A program made the translations under genes and the position numbers. From contig CAXXMR010000013.1 of assembly GCA_963663805.2 (NCBI GenBank), positions 463,896 to 527,895 of the forward strand: a DNA stretch of 64,000 bases, read 5' to 3'. Below are positions 19,001 through 30,310 of the stretch, piece after piece (position 1 is the first letter of the stretch; the number at the start of each line of letters is the position of its first letter). The DNA comes from Sedimentisphaerales bacterium. Its GTDB lineage: Bacteria > Planctomycetota > Phycisphaerae > Sedimentisphaerales > SM23-30. Below the pieces are notes generated by a model that worked only from the letters and a program-made list of their open reading frames with translations, did no database searches and was not told the DNA's origin.

Positions 19001-21562
19001 TTAATGAGCTATACCCGCCTTGCTTAGGGCTTTGCTGTATTGCTTGTCGAGTTTCATGATATGATTGACGAGCCAGTCTCTGAGGAATTCCATCATTTTG
19101 ACTGAAAGTGCCGCCTTGTTACTCATATAGTCCTCTTCGAACTCCTTCATTTTGTTGACAAACATGGTGTGCTGGCGTTTTTGTTCCGGCAAGCCCTCAT
19201 AATTAATCGATTCCAGATGACGTTCTTCCTCGCTGAAATGTTCTTCGGTATAGCGGATGAGCGAGTCAATTATACCGCCGGTATGTTCCTGAGATTTATG
19301 GTTTTTCATCGCATCGTACATCTGGTTGATAAGTTCGAGCAGTCTTTGATGTTGTTTATCCATTTTGTCTATGCCGACGCTGAGTTGGTTGGTCCAGTCG
19401 AAGAATTTTTTAGGGGCAGTGTTACGTTTTATGTTGCCGACTTTGAATTGGCTGACAAGTGACTGGAGAGTTTCGGCGACTTTAGAAAGTTCCATGCCTG
19501 CCAGTTGGGTCTGGCTGGCCCCTTCGGAGGTTGATTTGGCGGCATTGTCCACCGCGACGATGTTTTGAGCGATTTCCTGAGTCGCCTGAGCTGCTTCGCC
19601 GGCACCGCTGGAAACGATTTCTGAAGCACTGGCTGTTTGTGAAATGCTTTCGGAGATTTCTCTGGTAGTGGAACTTTGCTCCTCTACGGCTGTCGCAATG
19701 GTCCGCGATACTGCATTGACCTGTTTAATGACCTCGCTGATTTTGCCGATGGCATCAACAGAAGTACCCGCTGTTTGCTGTATGGCTTCTACTCGTTTAG
19801 CTATGTCCCCGGTAGCTTCGGCTGTTTGTCGGGCAAGCTCCTTAACTTCGTTAGCGACGACGGCGAACCCTTTACCGGCATCTCCGGCACGAGCGGCTTC
19901 GATAGTAGCGTTAAGGGCGAGCAGGTTAGTTTGCTCGGCGATGTCCTGAATTACTTCGATAACCTTGCCGATAGCGTCGGCAGCTTCGCCCAACAGGCCT
20001 ATGCTTTGATTACTGCTTTCGGCGAGCACGTTGGCTTGTTCGGCGACCGTTGCGGCCTGTTCAGCGTTTTTGGCAACTTCTGAGATACTGGCGGTCATTT
20101 CCTCGATTGCCGAAGCTACGGTTTTGATATTTGAGTCCATCTGTTCCGACGAACCCGCGATATTTTTCATGTTGATAGACATTTCTTCGGTCGCAGCGGC
20201 AACTGATGCTGACTGATTACTCATTCGCTGAGATTCACCTGCCATCTGAGAAGCTGTTCCGGCAAGTGTTTCTGACGAGGATGCCAGTGTGGTGGTGTTT
20301 TCGGCAATTTCTCCAATAATATTCTGTACCTTTTCGACGAAGGTGTTGAACCATTTGGCAAGCTGTCCCATTTCGTCGGGTTGTGAATCATCCATTCTTT
20401 TGGTAAGGTCGCCTTCGCCCTGGGCGATGTCTTCGAGCATATCAACGGCAGTGCGTATAGGTTTGACCACGCTGCCGGCGACAATCCAGAGCAGTGTCAG
20501 TGCCGCGGCGACACATGCCAGTGCAAGCATGGTCATTTTGTAGGTATCTGAGTCCGCCTCGGTCATTTGTGCTTGAGCTGCCGCGGTTACCCGGCTTATC
20601 GGTGCAGTAACGAGCACCGCCCAGGGTGAAGTACTTCTTCCGACATTGATGGGGACGCACACTCGGTATGATTCTTCGCCGCTGGTTGTTGAAACGCTGG
20701 AGGTGATAAAGCTTTCGCCTTTGGCGATCCTGGCGAGGAACGGTTCAATCCAGGGGGCGGTATCAACTACAGGATTGCCTACGCGTTCGGTTTGGGGATG
20801 GGCAACATAAGTGCCGTTGTTAGCGATGATGCTAAGATAGCCGGTTTTGAATAGTTCTCCGCTTTGCTGGATTTTTTGAACCATCTCGACCAGATTGCTG
20901 AGTTTGATGTCAATGCCGGCGATTCCATAGACTTTGCCATCGGCTTTAATGGGGACTACCAGTGACGTTAGTAAAACATCCTCACCTTGTATTTTGTAAA
21001 GGTAAGGATTAATCAGGCATTCCTGTCCGGTTTTTTGGGGCAGCAGATAGTAATCTCCATTTCCGGGGATCTGGTAATCTACCAATGGTTCGAGATTCAT
21101 TGTGTCATTGTCTGCTCTGGTCCAGTATGGGATAAAACGTCCCGTGTTGTCATGACCTGCGGTATCAGCGAATTTCTGGTCCTGGGCATCGAAGGCGTCC
21201 GGTTCCCAGCAGGTATAGGTGCCGAGGAATTCCGGATTTTGTTTCAGCAGGGTCTGGAGAATAACGTTGACCTGTTCTCGGTCAACTTTAAGTGGTGATT
21301 GGGGATTTTTTACTCCGGACAGGGTCTGGGCCAGGGTGCGGGCGGCGTCCATAGGAACTTCGAGCTCGGCTTTGATTTGCATGGAGTATCTCTGGGCGAT
21401 GGAATCAGCGTATTGCAGCGAGGAATCAACGTCCACTTTGAGAGACTCCTGAGCGGAGTGATGCATCATGTAAGCAGCCAGCCCTACGATTGCGGCTGAC
21501 GTTACCAGTAGACAAATACCTGCCGAAGCTGCGATTTTCACTTTGATACTTTTAAGATTCAT
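19001..21562 (-). CDS. Methyl-accepting chemotaxis protein (Cache-HAMP-MA) with C-terminal hemerythrin
   Basis: Two TMs, Cache sensor (GRFIPYW), [21 protein letters not shown]...LSVG...D.QH, HFSEEE, WL..HI...D. Confidence 0.93.
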   Translation of the reverse strand: MNLKSIKVKIAASAGICLLVTSAAIVGLAAYMMHHSAQESLKVDVDSSLQYADSIAQRYSMQIKAELEVPMDAARTLAQTLSGVKNPQSPLKVDREQVNVILQTLLKQNPEFLGTYTCWEPDAFDAQDQKFADTAGHDNTGRFIPYWTRADNDTMNLEPLVDYQIPGNGDYYLLPQKTGQECLINPYLYKIQGEDVLLTSLVVPIKADGKVYGIAGIDIKLSNLVEMVQKIQQSGELFKTGYLSIIANNGTYVAHPQTERVGNPVVDTAPWIEPFLARIAKGESFITSSVSTTSGEESYRVCVPINVGRSTSPWAVLVTAPISRVTAAAQAQMTEADSDTYKMTMLALACVAAALTLLWIVAGSVVKPIRTAVDMLEDIAQGEGDLTKRMDDSQPDEMGQLAKWFNTFVEKVQNIIGEIAENTTTLASSSETLAGTASQMAGESQRMSNQSASVAAATEEMSINMKNIAGSSEQMDSNIKTVASAIEEMTASISEVAKNAEQAATVAEQANVLAESSNQSIGLLGEAADAIGKVIEVIQDIAEQTNLLALNATIEAARAGDAGKGFAVVANEVKELARQTAEATGDIAKRVEAIQQTAGTSVDAIGKISEVIKQVNAVSRTIATAVEEQSSTTREISESISQTASASEIVSSGAGEAAQATQEIAQNIVAVDNAAKSTSEGASQTQLAGMELSKVAETLQSLVSQFKVGNIKRNTAPKKFFDWTNQLSVGIDKMDKQHQRLLELINQMYDAMKNHKSQEHTGGIIDSLIRYTEEHFSEEERHLESINYEGLPEQKRQHTMFVNKMKEFEEDYMSNKAALSVKMMEFLRDWLVNHIMKLDKQYSKALSKAGIAH

Positions 21563-21840
21563 CTTTAAGTCCTTTATAAAATATGCGTCCTATACTCTCG
21601 CTGAAAATAATCAGCCTAACATGAGATTAAGATTCGGCTTTTTTCGAGGGGTTATGTTGTTTAAAAAGAGTTAAATATCGGGCAATGGCAAGCCGGTTGT
21701 AAGTCTCTATTTAGTATAGGGTTGTACTTGTTGTATTTTAAGGGGGGCGGTTCTGTATTCTTAAGAGGCCGATAATGTGACGTGGATTTGGATTGAAGAT
21801 GGGAGAGTTATGGGTCTTTATTTCGTGCTGCCGCCGGGGG

Positions 21841-22928
21841 TTATAAGAGGACGATGTCGTCGGCGTGAATTACCGTTTTTTTTCTTGAGTTATCGCCGGC
21901 CGCTTTTTCGTTCAGAAATTTCTGGAGATTGACAGAGCTGATACGGCAGATACCTTTGGCAAATGAGCCGATGCGGACAACCTGTCCCGCCGCGAAGGTT
22001 CCTCTAACGGCGGTGATTCCGACGAACAGCAGGCTGCGATGGTCGCGGAGGGCTTGGGCTGCGCCGGTGTCGATTTCGATTAGATTGTCGGTGGAGCTGT
22101 TGAGTATCCAGCGTTTGCGGTTGCTGAGGCGGCGTTTGGGCAGGAATAAAGTGCCTATTTCCTCGGCGTTCATAATGCGGGTTATAACATCATTTTCGCG
22201 ACCGTGGGCGAGAATGGTTTTGCATCCACCCTGAGCGGCGATGTTGATGGCGTTAAGTTTGCTGGCCATGCCGCCGGTGCTGAATGTTGAGCCTGCTTTG
22301 CCAGCCATGGCCCGGATTTCATCGGTTATTTCAGGGACAAGCGTCAGCAGTTGGGCGTTTTTATCCTGGCTGGGGTTGCGATTATAAAGTCCCGCGACAT
22401 CGGTAAGGATAACCAGCAGCTCCGCGTCGATCTTGGATGCCACCAGAGCCGAAAGTCTGTCATTGTCACCAAAGGCCAAATCGATTTCGTCAATACTTAC
22501 ACAGTCGTTTTCGTTGATAATCGGCACAATATTAAGCGAAAGCAGCTTTTCGACCGCGTTTTTGAGATTTACGTAATATTTACGGTTGCTCATGATTTTA
22601 TGGTCAGCAGTACCTGAGCGACCGTTTGGCCATACAGTTCAAATGCCTGCTGATAATGATGCATCAATATCCCCTGGCCTACCGCCGCCAGGGCCTGACG
22701 CATTTTTACGTCTTTAACCTTGTGTTTAATGCCCAGCGTCGAAGACCCCATGCCAATCGCGCCGGAGGTGACAAGTATCACCTGGCGTTTCTGCTGGACC
22801 TGTTGGGAGATTTGGCCGGCGATGAGGCGCATGTATTCCGTATCAACAGCGGCATTGCGAGTGAGTACGTTGGTGCCGACTTTGATAACCAGACGTTTAA
22901 CAGTGCTGAAATCTCTTACAGAGGACAT
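21841..22928 (-). pseudogene. proB: Glutamate 5-kinase, split by a 1-bp deletion near 22602 (real lesion or assembly error)
   Basis: N-part VIKVGT, VTSGA, AAVGQG, AQVLLT; C-part IINEND, FGDND, TGGM.SK, PUA; span 1088 nt = 3n-1. Confidence 0.85.
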
Positions 22929-24226
22929 GTTTTGTTAATATCCTTATGCGTGAAAGTTTTCTCGCCCGATGAATAATCCGCGACGATTTGGCCGGTGCCG
23001 ATGAGTTTCCATTTGTAAATCACCAGCCCTTCAAGTCCCACCGGGCCGCGAGCGTGTATCTTGTTGGTACTGATGCCCACTTCGGCGCCCAGGCCATAAC
23101 GGAAACCGTCGGCGAAACGCGTTGAACAGTTCCAGAACACATTTGCCGAATCGACCAGAGAAGTGAACTTACCTGCTGCTTCCTGGTCGTTGGTGACGAT
23201 CGCGTCGGTATGGCCCGAACCATAGGTGTTGATATGTTCGATAGCCTGTTCAATGCCGTCCACGATTTTTATCGAGAGAGTCAGGTCGTTATATTCGGTT
23301 TGCCAGTCAGCATCGTTAGCCCCGGCAATAGGTATTATCGCACAAGTGCGCGAATCACCTCGCAGCTCCACGCCGGCGGTGTCATATTTCTCTTTCATTA
23401 CCGGCAGGAAGTCCGCGGCAAGCTGACTATCCACCAGCAGGGTTTCCATCGCGTTACAGACCGCGGCGTACTGACATTTGGAATCGAAAGCGATGTTGAC
23501 GGCCTGTTCAATATTAGCCTGGCTGTGAACATAGACATGACAGATACCGTCGGCATGACCCAGCACGGGGATGCGGGTGTTGTCCATAATGTATTTAACG
23601 AAGGCGTTGGAGCCGCGGGGGATAATCAGGTCGATGCAGTCGTCAAGACTCAGCATAGCTTTAACATCGGCACGGGTTTCCAGCAGGCCCATCCATCCTT
23701 CTGGTACGCCGGCTTGCGTTGAGGCATTGATAATTGTTTGAGCCAGTACGCGATTGGTTTCGGTAGCTTCGGTTCCGCCTTTGAGCAATACGGCGTTGCC
23801 GGACTTGAGTGCCAGAGCGGAAATCTGAACCAGAGCGTCAGGGCGTGATTCAAATACAATGCCAAGCACCCCGATAGGACAGCTGACCTGATAAAGTTCC
23901 AGATTCGCATCCAGTTCGGTAGCACGGGTGGTCACCCCCGTTGGGTCGGGCAGTTTGGCCAGACTGCGAATCCCCTCGACCGCGTCTTCGAGCTTGGCGG
24001 CATCGAATTTGAGTCTTTTGAGCAGGGCGGGGGAGAGATTTTCCTTCTCGGCCTGTTCCAGGTCAGCTTTATTCGCCGCGACAATAGCGTCCTGATTACG
24101 AATCAGTTCATCGGCGACCGCCTCCAACGCCTGGTTTTTAGCGGCGGCGGTCAGCGAGGCACAGCGGATAGATGCCGACAGGGCCTTTTGGGCGATTTTT
24201 TCTATCACGATATAAGCTCCTGACAT
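22916..24226 (-). CDS. proA: Gamma-glutamyl phosphate reductase
   Basis: PIGV...ESRP, LKGG.E, IPRG, CNA.ETLL, GSGHTD, STRFADG, HARGP; alternative GTG start at 24208 after AGGAG. Confidence 0.96.
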   Translation of the reverse strand: MSGAYIVIEKIAQKALSASIRCASLTAAAKNQALEAVADELIRNQDAIVAANKADLEQAEKENLSPALLKRLKFDAAKLEDAVEGIRSLAKLPDPTGVTTRATELDANLELYQVSCPIGVLGIVFESRPDALVQISALALKSGNAVLLKGGTEATETNRVLAQTIINASTQAGVPEGWMGLLETRADVKAMLSLDDCIDLIIPRGSNAFVKYIMDNTRIPVLGHADGICHVYVHSQANIEQAVNIAFDSKCQYAAVCNAMETLLVDSQLAADFLPVMKEKYDTAGVELRGDSRTCAIIPIAGANDADWQTEYNDLTLSIKIVDGIEQAIEHINTYGSGHTDAIVTNDQEAAGKFTSLVDSANVFWNCSTRFADGFRYGLGAEVGISTNKIHARGPVGLEGLVIYKWKLIGTGQIVADYSSGEKTFTHKDINKTCPL

Positions 24227-24374
24227 TTGTCTGGTTAGTTCCTCGTTTTATTTATGTTCAGAATGCGTTAATAATTTAATGCCCGCACGATATCTGCCTG
24301 AACCGGCTCAGTTTAGCGTTAAATCTGGATTATTACAAGTGAAAGATAAATATAGGTTTTTTTTGAGCATATCT

Positions 24375-24403
24375 TTGACTTGGGATAATCCATGTGTTAT
24401 TAT
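24375..24403 (+). promoter_or_regulatory. Candidate sigma70 promoter
   Basis: TTGACT-17 nt-TATTAT with TG extension. Confidence 0.6.
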
Positions 24404-24454
24404 GGTGGTGTCTGAAGCGTTGTTCTGCTTCAGTTGTTTTTGTGTTGTAAATTT

Positions 24455-24496
24455 AGCCGGCGAGAGAGACGTGGTGTTTCTTTGCGCCGGTTTTTT
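24455..24496 (+). terminator. Terminator-like hairpin in the leader of the PEP-CTERM gene
   Basis: AGCCGGCG-AGAGAGAC pairs with GTTTCTTT-G-CGCCGGTT, ending in a T6 run. Confidence 0.6.
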
Positions 24497-24529
24497 ATTG
24501 CCCGAATCGGGCGGAAAGGATGGTTGAAA

Positions 24530-25282
24530 ATGTTCAACAGAAGAATTGGTTTGGTATTTGTTTTAGTTTTTGTGGTGATGATTTCTGGTGCGTGGGCGAC
24601 CGCGACATCTAATAGTACAGCCCAGATGGGCTGGCCTGTTTCGATTGCTGGTCCGACCGATTGGCATTCAAAAAAAAGTGCCTCTGGGGCCTCGGCCTGG
24701 GCCGGTGGTGATGGTGAGATGAACGATGACATCATGCCCAGCTGGGCCAATACACAGGTGAGTTCATACGCAGCCGGTTTCGCATCAGGAACTGCCCATG
24801 CCAGCTCTGTGGAGTTGTATGAATCGGTTACGGCTACGGTCGGCGGCATTGGGGGAACCTATGAAGCCTTTGCCGACGCCATTGCCCGCCGTGACGGTTT
24901 TTTTGTCGCTGGTTACTCCGGATGGGTGACGGCATCTTCGTTCTGTTCTCTTTGCCAGAATCTTACCACAGAATTAGTTGGTGAGACTGCTGATGGTTCA
25001 TCGGTGGCGACTTTATATCTGGTAAATGCGACAACTTCGGAGTTTAGTGTGAGCTCTGACGAAATGACCAATTCTGTTGCCGATGGCAATACTTTCATTG
25101 ACTCCAGAAACGGCGCACTCAGTGTCTCTGTGTGGTTTAATCAGGGCGATGAAGGCTACTTTCTCTCTGAAGTAAGTAATTTTGCGGCTGCGACCATGGT
25201 CCCAGAGCCGTTAAGTCTCAGCTTGCTATTTGGCGGGACAACGCTGTTTTTTTTGCGTAACAGACGTAAAAACTCCTGCTAA
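24530..25282 (+). CDS. PEP-CTERM surface protein
   Basis: Signal peptide, Ser/Thr/Ala-rich body, VPEP + TM + RNRRK. Confidence 0.88.
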   Translation: MFNRRIGLVFVLVFVVMISGAWATATSNSTAQMGWPVSIAGPTDWHSKKSASGASAWAGGDGEMNDDIMPSWANTQVSSYAAGFASGTAHASSVELYESVTATVGGIGGTYEAFADAIARRDGFFVAGYSGWVTASSFCSLCQNLTTELVGETADGSSVATLYLVNATTSEFSVSSDEMTNSVADGNTFIDSRNGALSVSVWFNQGDEGYFLSEVSNFAAATMVPEPLSLSLLFGGTTLFFLRNRRKNSC

Positions 25283-27096
25283 AACATCATCTGTTCACTG
25301 AATATATTCTGGAAATCGGTTCGTCCGGCCAGCTCGATATATTCCAGGAATTTGCCCAGTTCCTCGGCATGTTTGCGGGCCTGACGAGACAGGAGTGCCT
25401 GTTTTGCTCCGGTGCTGGCGGCGTTACCGACGAACTGGATTTTTTCCAGGGGCAAATTTGGTATCAGGCCGATACGCCGAGCGGATTCGGGTCTGATATA
25501 GTTACCGAAGGCGCCGGCCAGGTAAAGATTGTCTACCTGATTCAGCGTTATTCCGAATTCGTTCATCAAGGTTGTAATTCCGGCGGCGATGGCAGCTTTG
25601 GCAAGCTGGGCTTCGCGGACATCACGCTGGGTCAAGAGCACTTCCTGGTTATGTTTGCTTTGTTCAGCCGTCGCCAGGACAAAGGCTGGTTTGTCGTCAT
25701 GTTTAATCAGGCGTTCTTTAAGTGATTGGGGGATATTCGCGGGCAGTTCGTCCAGGTCCAGCATACGACCGGTATCGGCTATGATGCCGACGTTTAGCAG
25801 TTCCGCCAGAGCGTCGATAAGGCCGCTGCCGCAGATTCCGGTGGGAGGCACGCCGCCGATTACCGTGATGTGGACCTGGCCATCTTCGATATGAACCCGT
25901 TCGATGGCGCCTGCGGCCCCGCGTATGCCCTGAGCGATGCGGGCACCTTCAAAGGCCGGCCCTGCCGCGGTCGAGCAGGTCAGCAGCCGCTGGGAATTAC
26001 CCAGAATAAGTTCGCCGTTAGTGCCGATGTCCAGGGCTAGATTGATTTGGCTGCTATGCCGCATGGCGGTAGCCAGCCCCACTGCGACGGTATCGCCGCC
26101 GACATGGGCTGCCACACTGGGCATGACATAGACATTGGCTTCAGGGTGAATATCAAGACCCAGAGATGCTGCCGGTACATTAACCGCCGATGATACCGCC
26201 GATACATAAGGTGCCTGAGCAATCTGTTCGACCGGCAGGCCGAGCAGGATATGCTGCATGGTAGCGTTACCCGCGGCGGTAAGTTCGTAAATCTGCCAGG
26301 GTTTGATAACAGATTTTTCGCAGAGATTAGCGATGAGCTGGTTCAGGCCGTTTATGATGCGTCTTTGCAATTGTTCCAGCCCGTCCGGGTTTTGCGCCGA
26401 ATAATCGATTCGGCTGATAACATCATCGCCGAAGGTCACTTGCGGATTGGTCTGGCTGGCAATGGCGATGGTTTTACCGGTTTGCAAGTTAATAAGACTG
26501 GCTACTACCGTAGTAGTGCCCACATCAACGGCGACACCGTGAAGATTTTGGGTTGTATCGCCCGGTTCCAGAGCGAAAACACTTCCGTCATGACAAACAG
26601 TGGTAAGGGCATAACTGTGATTGCGATAGATTGAGGGTAGTTTTTTTAATAATTGCCATGTTATTGTGGTTGTCCCAGATGAAGTGCCCGCATGGTTGTG
26701 GCAGGTGTGATGCTGAGCTTGCGAATTGTCGTTTACCGCGTCAATCAGACGGTCGGCGTCACTGCGCAGGTTGTCCAGAGTCGGCTCGGTGATATTTACA
26801 TAATGCTTGCAGACCAGCGGGTCTATGCGGTCGAGGTTGTCGATACCTTCCTGAAGAATTTTCTGCTCGAAAAACCTCGAAGTATCGGGAATGGTAACAA
26901 TCATATCACGGTCAGCCCTGGTCTGGCAGGCCCGAACCAGCCGGCCTTCCACCTCTACCATGCATTTGTTACAGGTTCCCGCACCGCCGCACACCGCGTT
27001 GATGATAATCCCGGCTCGTTCTGCGGCCTCCAGCAAGGTCATGGGTTCGGAGATGTGAATTTTATTGCCGTCAGGCTCGAATCGTATTTCAAACAT
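25279..27096 (-). CDS. [2Fe-2S]/ASKHA reductive activator of corrinoid proteins (RACo, DUF4445)
   Basis: CGGAGTCNKC..C, DVGTTT, GDDVISRI, DIGTNGE, AAGPAFEG, GICGSG, LAGAFG. Confidence 0.9.
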   Translation of the reverse strand: MFEIRFEPDGNKIHISEPMTLLEAAERAGIIINAVCGGAGTCNKCMVEVEGRLVRACQTRADRDMIVTIPDTSRFFEQKILQEGIDNLDRIDPLVCKHYVNITEPTLDNLRSDADRLIDAVNDNSQAQHHTCHNHAGTSSGTTTITWQLLKKLPSIYRNHSYALTTVCHDGSVFALEPGDTTQNLHGVAVDVGTTTVVASLINLQTGKTIAIASQTNPQVTFGDDVISRIDYSAQNPDGLEQLQRRIINGLNQLIANLCEKSVIKPWQIYELTAAGNATMQHILLGLPVEQIAQAPYVSAVSSAVNVPAASLGLDIHPEANVYVMPSVAAHVGGDTVAVGLATAMRHSSQINLALDIGTNGELILGNSQRLLTCSTAAGPAFEGARIAQGIRGAAGAIERVHIEDGQVHITVIGGVPPTGICGSGLIDALAELLNVGIIADTGRMLDLDELPANIPQSLKERLIKHDDKPAFVLATAEQSKHNQEVLLTQRDVREAQLAKAAIAAGITTLMNEFGITLNQVDNLYLAGAFGNYIRPESARRIGLIPNLPLEKIQFVGNAASTGAKQALLSRQARKHAEELGKFLEYIELAGRTDFQNIFSEQMMF

Positions 27097-27106
27097 GGTA
27101 TTTTCC

Positions 27107-27682
27107 CTATTGTTTTCCCAGTTCGGCATGATGAATAATATGGTAATCAGGCCCGCCCCGGCCCAACACGCTTTCAAAAATCGTGATAGTATTTACTCCC
27201 TGTACGCCCACATCAAAATCTTTAACTTCTTTTATGGCCGCCGCGACCGACCTGCCTTTTTTCGGGTCTTTGATACGTGCCAGGGTCAGATGAGGACTGT
27301 AGGCCCTAACCTCACGGTCGAAGCCCGCCCCGCCCAGTTCAATATCGAGTGCTTCGTGCAGCGAACGCAATTCATTGACATTTTCGGTAGTTCCCGTCCA
27401 AATTACCCGTGCCGCACCGTCAGACGGAAAACAGCCGCACCCGCCAATCTCAAAATCAAACGGGTCGAACCTGCCCGCTGTAGCGCTAACCACATTGCAC
27501 ACATCCATGAGACGGTAGTCCTCGACCTCGCCCAGAAATTTCAACGTAAGGTGGATTAGCTCCGGCTTCATCCATTTGATACCATGTGCTCCCAAACGAG
27601 CATCCATCTGCAAGCGAGACTGGAAGCGGCCCAGCCGATTCTGAATCTGTTCATCCAGTTTGATAGCTACAAAGCAGCGCAT
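27107..27682 (-). CDS. thpR: 2H phosphoesterase (RNA 2',3'-cyclic phosphodiesterase)
   Basis: MRCFVAI, HLTLKFLG, PHLTLAR. Confidence 0.9.
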   Translation of the reverse strand: MRCFVAIKLDEQIQNRLGRFQSRLQMDARLGAHGIKWMKPELIHLTLKFLGEVEDYRLMDVCNVVSATAGRFDPFDFEIGGCGCFPSDGAARVIWTGTTENVNELRSLHEALDIELGGAGFDREVRAYSPHLTLARIKDPKKGRSVAAAIKEVKDFDVGVQGVNTITIFESVLGRGGPDYHIIHHAELGKQ

Positions 27683-27876
27683 TAAAACCTCATCAATAAT
27701 CACAAAATCATCACCATTTGTAGTTGGTGATTATATGTTGGCTGGCCCCGGTATGCAAATGAAGGTTTTGAGTGATTATCTTGACCGGTGGGGGGGATTG
27801 TGCTAACCTTTGGGGCTGTTTGAGGTTGCGAATAAAAACATGTGCTTTATGGTGCCCAAATCCGGAGATTTAAAAA

Positions 27877-29220
27877 GTGAGTGACGCCAGGTTTCAAAGA
27901 TGCATAAATCGCAGCTGTAAGGCAACTTACGGTGTTGACGAGAGTATGTTTGCCTGTCCTGCCTGCGGTGGGCTGTTGGACGTTGTCTATGACTGGAATC
28001 AACTGACGGTGCCCGACTCGCTCAAATGGTTCGAGAAACGGTGGTCGAGCCGCTCGAATAATCTGGATTTTTCCGGGGTATGGCGTTTTCGTGATTTGCT
28101 GCCTTTCTGTGCTGAGCAATATTGTGCGACGGTGGGCGAGGGCCAGACGATTTTGCAGCAGAACGACGGGGCCGGCGAGTATGTCGATTCGCATAAAGGA
28201 AATGTTTATCTTCAATATGAGGGGATGAATCCCAGCGGCTCTTTCAAAGATAACGGCATGGCGGCGGCTTTCAGTCACGCCCAGATGGTCGGGGCACAGA
28301 ATGTTGCCTGTGCTTCCACCGGCAATACTTCGGCTTCGGTGGCATTATACGCTCACGCCTGCGGGATGAAGTGTACGGTGTTTATCGGGTCGGGGCGGAT
28401 TGCCTATGGCAAGCTGTCGCAGGCGCTGGATTATGGGGCGCAGACTATACAGATATTTGGGGATTTTGATGACTGTATGAGGCGGGTGCAGCAGGTTTGT
28501 AAGGAGATGGGGCTTTATCTGATGAACTCGCTGAACCCCTTCCGGTTGGAAGGCCAAAAGACGATTATGTTCCGCGTGCTCGAAGCTCTCAACTGGGAAG
28601 TGCCCGACTGGATCGTCGTGCCCGGCGGAAATCTGGGCAACAGCAGCTCTTTTGGCAAGGCCTTTGCTGAGTTGAAAGAACTCGGTCTTATAGACCGTAT
28701 TCCGCGGCTGGCGGTAATTAATGCTACCGGTGCGAATACTCTGTACGATCTTTATGAAAATCAGGGTGCTCGTTATGTTGACGGCGTAGTGGATGAAGCC
28801 AAGATAGATGCTTATTACGATAAACTGAACGCGGAGAATTACCGGCCCTCTACGGTTGCTACGGCGATTGAGATTTCGCGGCCTGTTAATCTGAAAAAAT
28901 GCCTGCGGGCTTTGAGTGTTTGCAATGGTGTGGTACGTGAAGTTTCCGATGAACAAATCGTCGAAGCCAAAGCCGTAGTAGGCCGTCACGGTCTGGGCTG
29001 TGAGCCCGCATCGGGCGCTTCAGTAGCGGGTCTGAAGCTCTTACGCAGCGAAGGTGTAATCGACGCCGATGAACGCGTGGTTTGCATTCTAACCGGCCAT
29101 CAGCTCAAGGACCCCAACGTCACCGTAAATTACCATAAGGATAATCAGGGCAGGTTCTCCAACAGCCCGACCGAAGTGGAAAACGATATTGATAAGATTA
29201 TTAAACTACTGAAGGGCTGA
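27877..29220 (+). CDS. thrC: Threonine synthase
   Basis: Zn-ribbon N-terminus, [37 protein letters not shown]. Confidence 0.95.
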   Translation: MSDARFQRCINRSCKATYGVDESMFACPACGGLLDVVYDWNQLTVPDSLKWFEKRWSSRSNNLDFSGVWRFRDLLPFCAEQYCATVGEGQTILQQNDGAGEYVDSHKGNVYLQYEGMNPSGSFKDNGMAAAFSHAQMVGAQNVACASTGNTSASVALYAHACGMKCTVFIGSGRIAYGKLSQALDYGAQTIQIFGDFDDCMRRVQQVCKEMGLYLMNSLNPFRLEGQKTIMFRVLEALNWEVPDWIVVPGGNLGNSSSFGKAFAELKELGLIDRIPRLAVINATGANTLYDLYENQGARYVDGVVDEAKIDAYYDKLNAENYRPSTVATAIEISRPVNLKKCLRALSVCNGVVREVSDEQIVEAKAVVGRHGLGCEPASGASVAGLKLLRSEGVIDADERVVCILTGHQLKDPNVTVNYHKDNQGRFSNSPTEVENDIDKIIKLLKG

Positions 29221-29253
29221 GTCGAGGTAGTTGAAGAAGCTAAGGATTTTGTT

Positions 29254-30045
29254 ATGATTAAGCTGGCGATTGCAGGTGCCTGCGGACGGATGGGGCGGCG
29301 TCTGGTGGCGCTTTCGCACGAGGATAATGACTTTACTCTTGCCGCCGCTCTGGAAAATACCGGTGTGCCTTTGCTGGGTCAGGATGCCGGCACTATCGCC
29401 GGAATCGGTGAGCTGGGCGTGGCGGTTACTGAAGATTTACAGAGTTCATCCGAGGTGATGATAGATTTTACTCTGCCCGAAGCTGCCGGCAAATGGTCGA
29501 AAATCTGTGTAGACCATAAAGTTCCGCTGGTAGTGGGTACGACCGGCCTGGGTGATAAGGAAGTGGCTCTGCTGGAACAAGCCTCCACAAAAATCCCGGT
29601 CCTTATCGGTTCCAATATGAGTTTAGGCGTCAATCTCCTTTTCCGTCTGGTAGCCGAAGTCGCCGAAAAACTCAACGATAGTTACGATATCGAAATAGTC
29701 GAATATCATCATAGATTCAAACGTGATGCCCCCAGCGGCACAGCTTTGAGCCTGGCTAAACATATCGCCCAAGCCAAAGGCTGGGATTTGAAGAAATGTT
29801 TGCAGCATGGCCGAGAAGGCCGCGACGCTCTGCGTGAGGAAAACACTATTGGTATGCACGCCGTACGCGGCGGCGACATCGTAGGCCAGCATAATATCAC
29901 ATATTCAACTCTGGGCGAAACCATAGAACTACGCCACACTGCCACCAGCCGCGACACCTTCGTAAGAGGAGCCCTCCACGCCGCCAAATGGATCGTGGAC
30001 AAAACCCCGAGCCTTTACAGTATGTTTGATGTGCTGGGGCTGTGA
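29254..30045 (+). CDS. dapB: 4-hydroxy-tetrahydrodipicolinate reductase
   Basis: GACGRMG, IDFT, GTTG, EYHHRFKRDAPSGTA. Confidence 0.97.
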   Translation: MIKLAIAGACGRMGRRLVALSHEDNDFTLAAALENTGVPLLGQDAGTIAGIGELGVAVTEDLQSSSEVMIDFTLPEAAGKWSKICVDHKVPLVVGTTGLGDKEVALLEQASTKIPVLIGSNMSLGVNLLFRLVAEVAEKLNDSYDIEIVEYHHRFKRDAPSGTALSLAKHIAQAKGWDLKKCLQHGREGRDALREENTIGMHAVRGGDIVGQHNITYSTLGETIELRHTATSRDTFVRGALHAAKWIVDKTPSLYSMFDVLGL

Positions 30046-30310
30046 CGCGCAGCGTGCTGATGGTTTGGTATTTGCGGTTAAAATGTGTTTTGGTTTTTGG
30101 GTTGGAGGCAAAGATGGAGCGGGATTTGGCCGATAAGCCGTTTATGAACATGTTGTTACATGGAGCTTGACTTTGTAGGCCGCTGAGGTGACAATGTGGG
30201 CTTGTGTAGATTTAGAGAATCGTGGGCTGAGGCGTTTATGCGAAAGCGGGGCCGGCCGACGGTGATTTATCGGACGCATGTGTCCGAAAGTTAAACAGAG
30301 AAAGGCAGAT

